This document shows, piece by piece, positions 59,250 to 64,000 of a DNA stretch of 64,000 nt. This DNA is from Felis catus (taxonomy: Eukaryota), in NCBI RefSeq assembly GCF_018350175.1, contig NC_058368.1:150352001-150416000 (forward strand), in the 5' to 3' direction. The position numbers and the translations under genes are program-made. The notes under the pieces were generated by a model that was given only the letters and a program-made list of their open reading frames with translations, was not told the origin of the DNA and ran no database searches. Within the stretch, counting starts at the first letter, position 1; the number at the start of each line of letters is the position of its first letter.

Positions 59250-60750
59250 ATTGCCAGCGTGGTGAAGATGTAATGTGTCACCAAGGCCCTTGTCTTTATT
59301 TCTGTCTAGTACTGGTGGAAGCTGCAAAACTTACACACTGTATTATCTATTGCAGTGAGAATACTGCCAGCCCCAAATCAAACGCCTTTCTTTCCTCAAA
59401 GCCCCAACAATGCTTCCCTCCCCACCCCCCCCCCCCTCATAAATTAGCAGTGTTTAGAAGGAGACTTGCCAACGTTCTTTAGATTACTTTAAGGAAAAGC
59501 TCCATCATCCATAATACATTTGGGCCTCTTTTTTAGTTGAAGATTTATATTTTTTTTTATTGATGGGTTATGAATATTGACACAGGAGATATTCATTGTT
59601 TATTGAAGGCTTGTTTACATAAAAGATCTTCACAGGCTACCCCCTAAGTCTAGAGGTCCTAAACCAGTGTCAGGGAGCTGTCTGGGTATTTTTTCCCACG
59701 TATTGCACTGCCATTCTACCAACAATAGAGGCCCATTAACGTTTGGCCCTTCAAGTTACTGCAGCCCAAGCCTCAGTGGCAGGACGTCTGCCCAATATGT
59801 AAAATAACGGAATGAATGGATTCCTTGGAAACAATGATAACAAGACCTGGCTGAGCTAACTGTGACAGCATGTGGTAATTTTCCAGCCCGCTGGCCCTGT
59901 AAAGGAAACTGGAACACAAAGCGGAGACTGCAGGGCGGGCCGGCCTGAATAGCTGCAAACAAGTGCAGAATATCTGATGATGTCATACGCACAGTTTGAC
60001 AGATGGGGCTGGACAATTTTTCCCCCTTCAAACGTGTTCTTCTTAACTATTTGTATTCCATCAGCTTCTCGCTTGGGAAGTTCGATCCTGAGATCACCTG
60101 CTTGAAAGACTAAACAAACCTTAACTGTCATGTGCTTGATTCGAGTACCACTAGTTTTATGAAGAAAAATGATATCCAGTCTTAGGGGCTGAAGGCTGAG
60201 GGGAGCAGCGGGGGAGAGAGCGTTGCTGTGGATTAATGCATCATCTCTGCTTTCAGCTGTGGGCCAGGTTTTGAGTCTCGCTCTGACTGAATCCTGCCAT
60301 ACACTCTGAATAGCATAATGAAGTATTGTTACTGCCCCAGTCTAGCCATTACATCAGGGAAACAGACATCCAAAGTTATCAACACTGATTACTAGCTGGG
60401 CTTTGTGTCTATAAAATAAATACATTAAAAGACGCCTTTTTCTCAGTCTTATGGGTGTTCCCTCAAGGTTGGATGCTTTCATGTTTATAGTTCTATGTGT
60501 CACTATATACAAGTGGGTGCTAGGGTATATCTGTAGACAGTGCTCCCCCAAAACATGCTGGTGTGGAGATCCGCATTTGTATGTGCGTTCAAGTTGGTCC
60601 ATGGGAGACAGAGAAAATGAAGATTGACAACATTTATAAAAATGAGACACAACTCAATTAAAATTCACCGAAAATAGTAAATGAACCGGCATACACGCTT
60701 TAATTATAACAACATAGGACTGTCTCTTCCTTCCTTCAAATAAGTAGTTG
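59250..60750. promoter_or_regulatory. deeply conserved non-coding element / probable neural enhancer, orthologous to the human 5q14.3 locus containing CRISPR 'HEK293 site 2'
   Basis: 59813-59837 is TGAATGGATTCCTTGGAAACAATGA and 59993-60012 is the reverse complement of CCAGCCCCATCTGTCAAACT, the HEK2 amplicon primers as I recall them. 59912-59934 is GAACACAAAGCGGAGACTGC-AGG versus human GAACACAAAGCATAGACTGC-GGG. The block is repeat-free, retains CpGs and is dense in SOX/MEIS/E-box/homeobox motifs. Confidence 0.85.
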
Positions 60751-62221
60751 CTTTGGATCTCACATGTCTCCACCGTTTTATTCATGTGTTTCTTTTTATT
60801 TACTTTTCAAGGAATTTATGTAAATATATGGAGGCTACAGAATGGGTCTGAGATACAGCTTTATTCGCTAATCTTTTCATCCGATAGCTAACCAAAGTGG
60901 GATAGGCAAAGGATTCTGTTTGTGGGGAAGTGCTATCTGTCCCACAGAAAGGCATGGCACACTGCCTAGCCTGCAGAAACAAGAATAATAGCAATAGCAT
61001 GATAATGAAAAGTAATGATGAAGATTTACAAAACATCTTTTCAACTAGCAAAGCGCCATACACTAAATAAACCACTTTCTTCCGAGTCTCCTAGACTATA
61101 GAAGCTGTGTAGAAGCTATGCTCAACTGAACTTCCCCTGGTTTATCTAACATACTTGTTGGGTAAGGGGGTGGGGGGAGTGATAAATTTAAGCAAGGAGA
61201 ATTCTCCCTCTCATCCTGAAGACTAGTTATAACCAACTCACCCTTGCTCTCACCTTCCACTCTCACCTTTTAGATGTAAAGGGAAAAACATGTCTCTGAT
61301 ATCCTCTACTATTACCAGCTCACCTAGGCACAATTGGACTATGCTTTGTCCCCTGTCTGTGCATTCGTTTCTGAGTGTCTACTACCTGCTTGTTACCGGG
61401 TCATCGCTTTATTCTGTGCAAATGCTCGAACGGAGATTGTGTCACTACTTTAAGGTCAGTGTAAGAGAATTATTTGCACAATGCACATTTGCAGCAGTCG
61501 CTACATTTGAACAGCAGAGCTGTGTTCATAGGCAGCCACAATCTAGTCCTAGGTCATGTCCAAGTTCAAGACCTAAGTGTCGGCCACAGCCTATACTGAA
61601 TGAGAACTCACTGGAGGGCACACGGTTTATGAAGAGTAGTTTGTCTCTGTTTCCCACATTTCCCACACACTATCACCAAGGGCATCCCTCTACATGTTTA
61701 CACCAGATGGAGCTCCCTGTTACAAAAAGCCAAACTGTTTTATTAGTAGCTGTGGTGCTTATATCCCAACAGGATACTGAGAAGGTAAAAGCAAAGGAAA
61801 AAATGGGATCAGCAATAAGCACTTTCCACTATCACAAGTCATAATCTGAAGCTATCCACAAGCTGCTCTTGGAGACCTACTTCTGACCCATCTATGTTAG
61901 TCGCCTAGGTAGGGCTCTCTTAGAAAGCCTGGAGATCAGAGCCAAGGGGTTCGAATGAAGAACGGTGTGATACATGGTAGGAAGGAAAAACAGAGCCCTG
62001 CATTCGCATTCTTACCACTGAGGTAAAAGTTTGTTAATATGTTGGCTTTCTACAAGTACTCATCTGACCAAAAAGCCAAACTAGTGAGGTTAATCAAAGT
62101 AATATCAGCCAGAATGACAATCAGGATAATATTTTGTAATAACTATGACCTACAGGATATTTGGAAGAAATTAATACATGAAGTTTCCATACTCATTTCG
62201 TACAACTTGTAAAAACGTTAG

Positions 62222-62500
62222 TAAAGATAATGTCATATTAAGTCAAACCAAGGATCATCCAGTCCAATATGCCAAGAGGGATTCATTCTGTGGCAGGACA
62301 TACTGTCATTCAGATTCACACCTCCAGAAGTAATTTGTTTCTGCAAATATGACTAATACCTTAACAATAAACACGGGTGTGCCAGTATTTAACCTACCTA
62401 AAGATTTCTTGAATCTGCTGAGAACTTAAATCTACCATCACTTCTCATAAATATATTAGCCACCTCATAAAACTGTGCTTCATGTTTACCTGAAACTTAC
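62222..62500 (-). mobile_element. possible ancient CR1-clade LINE (Plat_L3/CR1_Mam-like) 3' fragment
   Basis: AATGTCATATTAAGTCAAACCAAGGATCATCCAGTCCAATAT resembles the antisense CR1 3' end (recalled as ..GCCATACTGGGTCAGACCAAAGGTCCATCTAGCCCAGTAT); TTTCTTGAATC...TCTACCATCACTTC follows downstream. Confidence 0.45.
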
Positions 62501-62507
62501 AGTTGAG

Positions 62508-62700
62508 TTAAATTAAATAAATATCTATTAAGGACTTACCTAGTGAATGGTGCCATGCAAAAACAACCAGAAACACAAGGGTGGGCAAGAAGGCTTAGCA
62601 AACTTATAATCACCCAGAGGCAACTAGAAATAGACAAAAGTAGCTACAATAATCATGGAGTAAAAGCTATTCTAGGGAAAAGTACATGTAAGTGATATAT
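62508..62700 (-). mobile_element. L2 3' fragment
   Basis: AAATAAATATCTATTAAGGACTTACCTAGTGAATGGTGCCATGC. Confidence 0.5.
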
Positions 62701-63116
62701 AAATTCCAAAAGAAATATCCACGAGGGAGAGTACTGGGGTTTGGGGAACATATTCATGTTTACTTAGAAATTTACATAACAGTGTTTTAACTTTGAACAA
62801 GGTGTTGCCCATACTTAGAGCCTTCACCTTTCAAGACTGAAGCTGAACCTATTCTTTTAGTTTATCTGCTTTCGGAGAACACCTACTTCCACTTTTATCA
62901 CTGCAGTCATTCTTCTCTGGACGTTTTCTAGTTACATCACTTGATTTTCACTTTCCATTAAGCATGTTTCAGTATAAATAGGCATTTGAACTTGGAATAT
63001 GAAAATCAGAAGTGAAATCCAGTCAGATCTAAGTCCCAAGAAAGGTAGGCCAAACTTTTAAGTTAAAAACAAATACATAATTAAAAGCAATTCTGTTGAT
63101 CCTATAGAGCAGTTCT

Positions 63117-63147
63117 AAAAAAAAAAAAAAAAAGAAAAGAAAAAAAA
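63117..63147 (+). repeat. poly(A)/(AAAAG) tract
   Basis: Directly visible. Confidence 0.85.
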
Positions 63148-63694
63148 GAGGTTCAATTGGAAAAAGGGATTTGAAGATGGGGCAAGGAAGTCCATGGAGT
63201 TCTTATCAATTATTGAGCAAAAGCATTGGCGGGAGTGCTATAATCCATCCCAATGCCTGATTCTGTTGTTAACTGTTTGTGTAACTGTAGCTAACGCATG
63301 TCACGGCACAAGTTTGAACCGCTGTACCGGTTTTGGGTATAGCCAACCCACTTTTGTCATTTTCTAGGTGTGATGTTTGGCAAATTGCTGGTCCTTTTGC
63401 ACACTGTGTCCTTATTGATAGAATAGAAATAGCTTAGCAACCAGAATATAATGAGTTCAACAAATTCTATAACCTGCTGTTCTTAACAACAAGAAAAATA
63501 ATAAAAGCTCTCCCTTTCTTAACTTTAAACTGAATAATTTTATGTCAGAAGTTTTGCAGTGCTTCTTAACTCTGAAATTCTGTGCCTCTGTAAAACAGAA
63601 GCTATAGTTTAAGATGATTGACATCATCTTTTGCTTATTTATTTTTAAAAAGAGGCATAACTTGGAAGACAAAAATGAGGCAGCAGGTATCACT

Positions 63695-63890
63695 GGAGAG
63701 AGGTGGCTCTCATAGTCTGAGCCTCATGCTCAGCTTCAGCTCTGTTCTTTACTCATTTAATCATGCCAAGCAAGTCAGAGAACCTTTCTGAAGTTAGCCT
63801 TAGAAAGGGATTATTAATCCTTACCTCAATATGAAAACCCTTTGTGAACCTCAAAGCGCTACAACATCATGAGTTCTCATTGTCTTATAA
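63695..63890 (+). mobile_element. MIR-family fragment
   Basis: GCAAGTCAGAGAACCTTTCTGAAG...TGAAAACCCTTTGTGAACCTCAAAGCGCTACAA. Confidence 0.55.
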
Positions 63891-64000
63891 TACTTTGCAA
63901 ACTTAGCTGCACCATGATTCTCATGCCCATAAGCCCCCAGTTCCTCCAGAGGTGTTTCAACATTTTTGTTACAAGTACAATTAAAGCCAAATGTCAGTAA

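Noticed and set aside
59756..60131. Three overlapping minus-strand ORFs over the conserved element
   Set aside because: Short, with no known homology. Higher GC lowers stop frequency, and the conservation is better explained as regulatory.
61290..61844. Longest ORF in the track (184 aa)
   Set aside because: No recognisable domain, Ser/Leu-rich random-like composition and no exon or promoter context. An ORF this long can arise by chance in 64 kb.
1..64000. CRISPR array, operon or other prokaryote-type system
   Set aside because: Mammalian repeat-laden DNA with no regularly spaced repeat-spacer structure and no gene-dense coding segment.

Overview
This is AT-rich mammalian non-coding DNA from a felid, judged by young cat-type CanSINEs and carnivore/felid L1 3' ends. 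I can support no protein-coding gene, RNA gene or CRISPR array; the recognisable ORFs are L1 debris and the rest look like noise. The window is a gene-desert segment containing about 14 CanSINEs, a decayed ~7.3 kb minus-strand L1 that keeps its 5' end and carries nested insertions, older L1M/L2/MIR/CR1 relics, several solo LTRs and DNA-transposon MITEs. Between them lie repeat-free blocks rich in developmental transcription-factor motifs. The block at ~59.3-60.7 kb is identifiable from memory: it matches the human 'HEK293 site 2' CRISPR target and both primers of its standard amplicon. That places the window in the orthologue of the human 5q14.3 desert between CCNH/RASA1 and TMEM161B, upstream of LINC00461/MIR9-2/MEF2C, which is known for deeply conserved neural enhancers. 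I found no convincing novel biological system. The best leads are this conserved element, several further candidate enhancers and some unusual retrotransposition footprints. Subfamily names and orthology come from recall, not database searches, and boundaries of old repeats are approximate.
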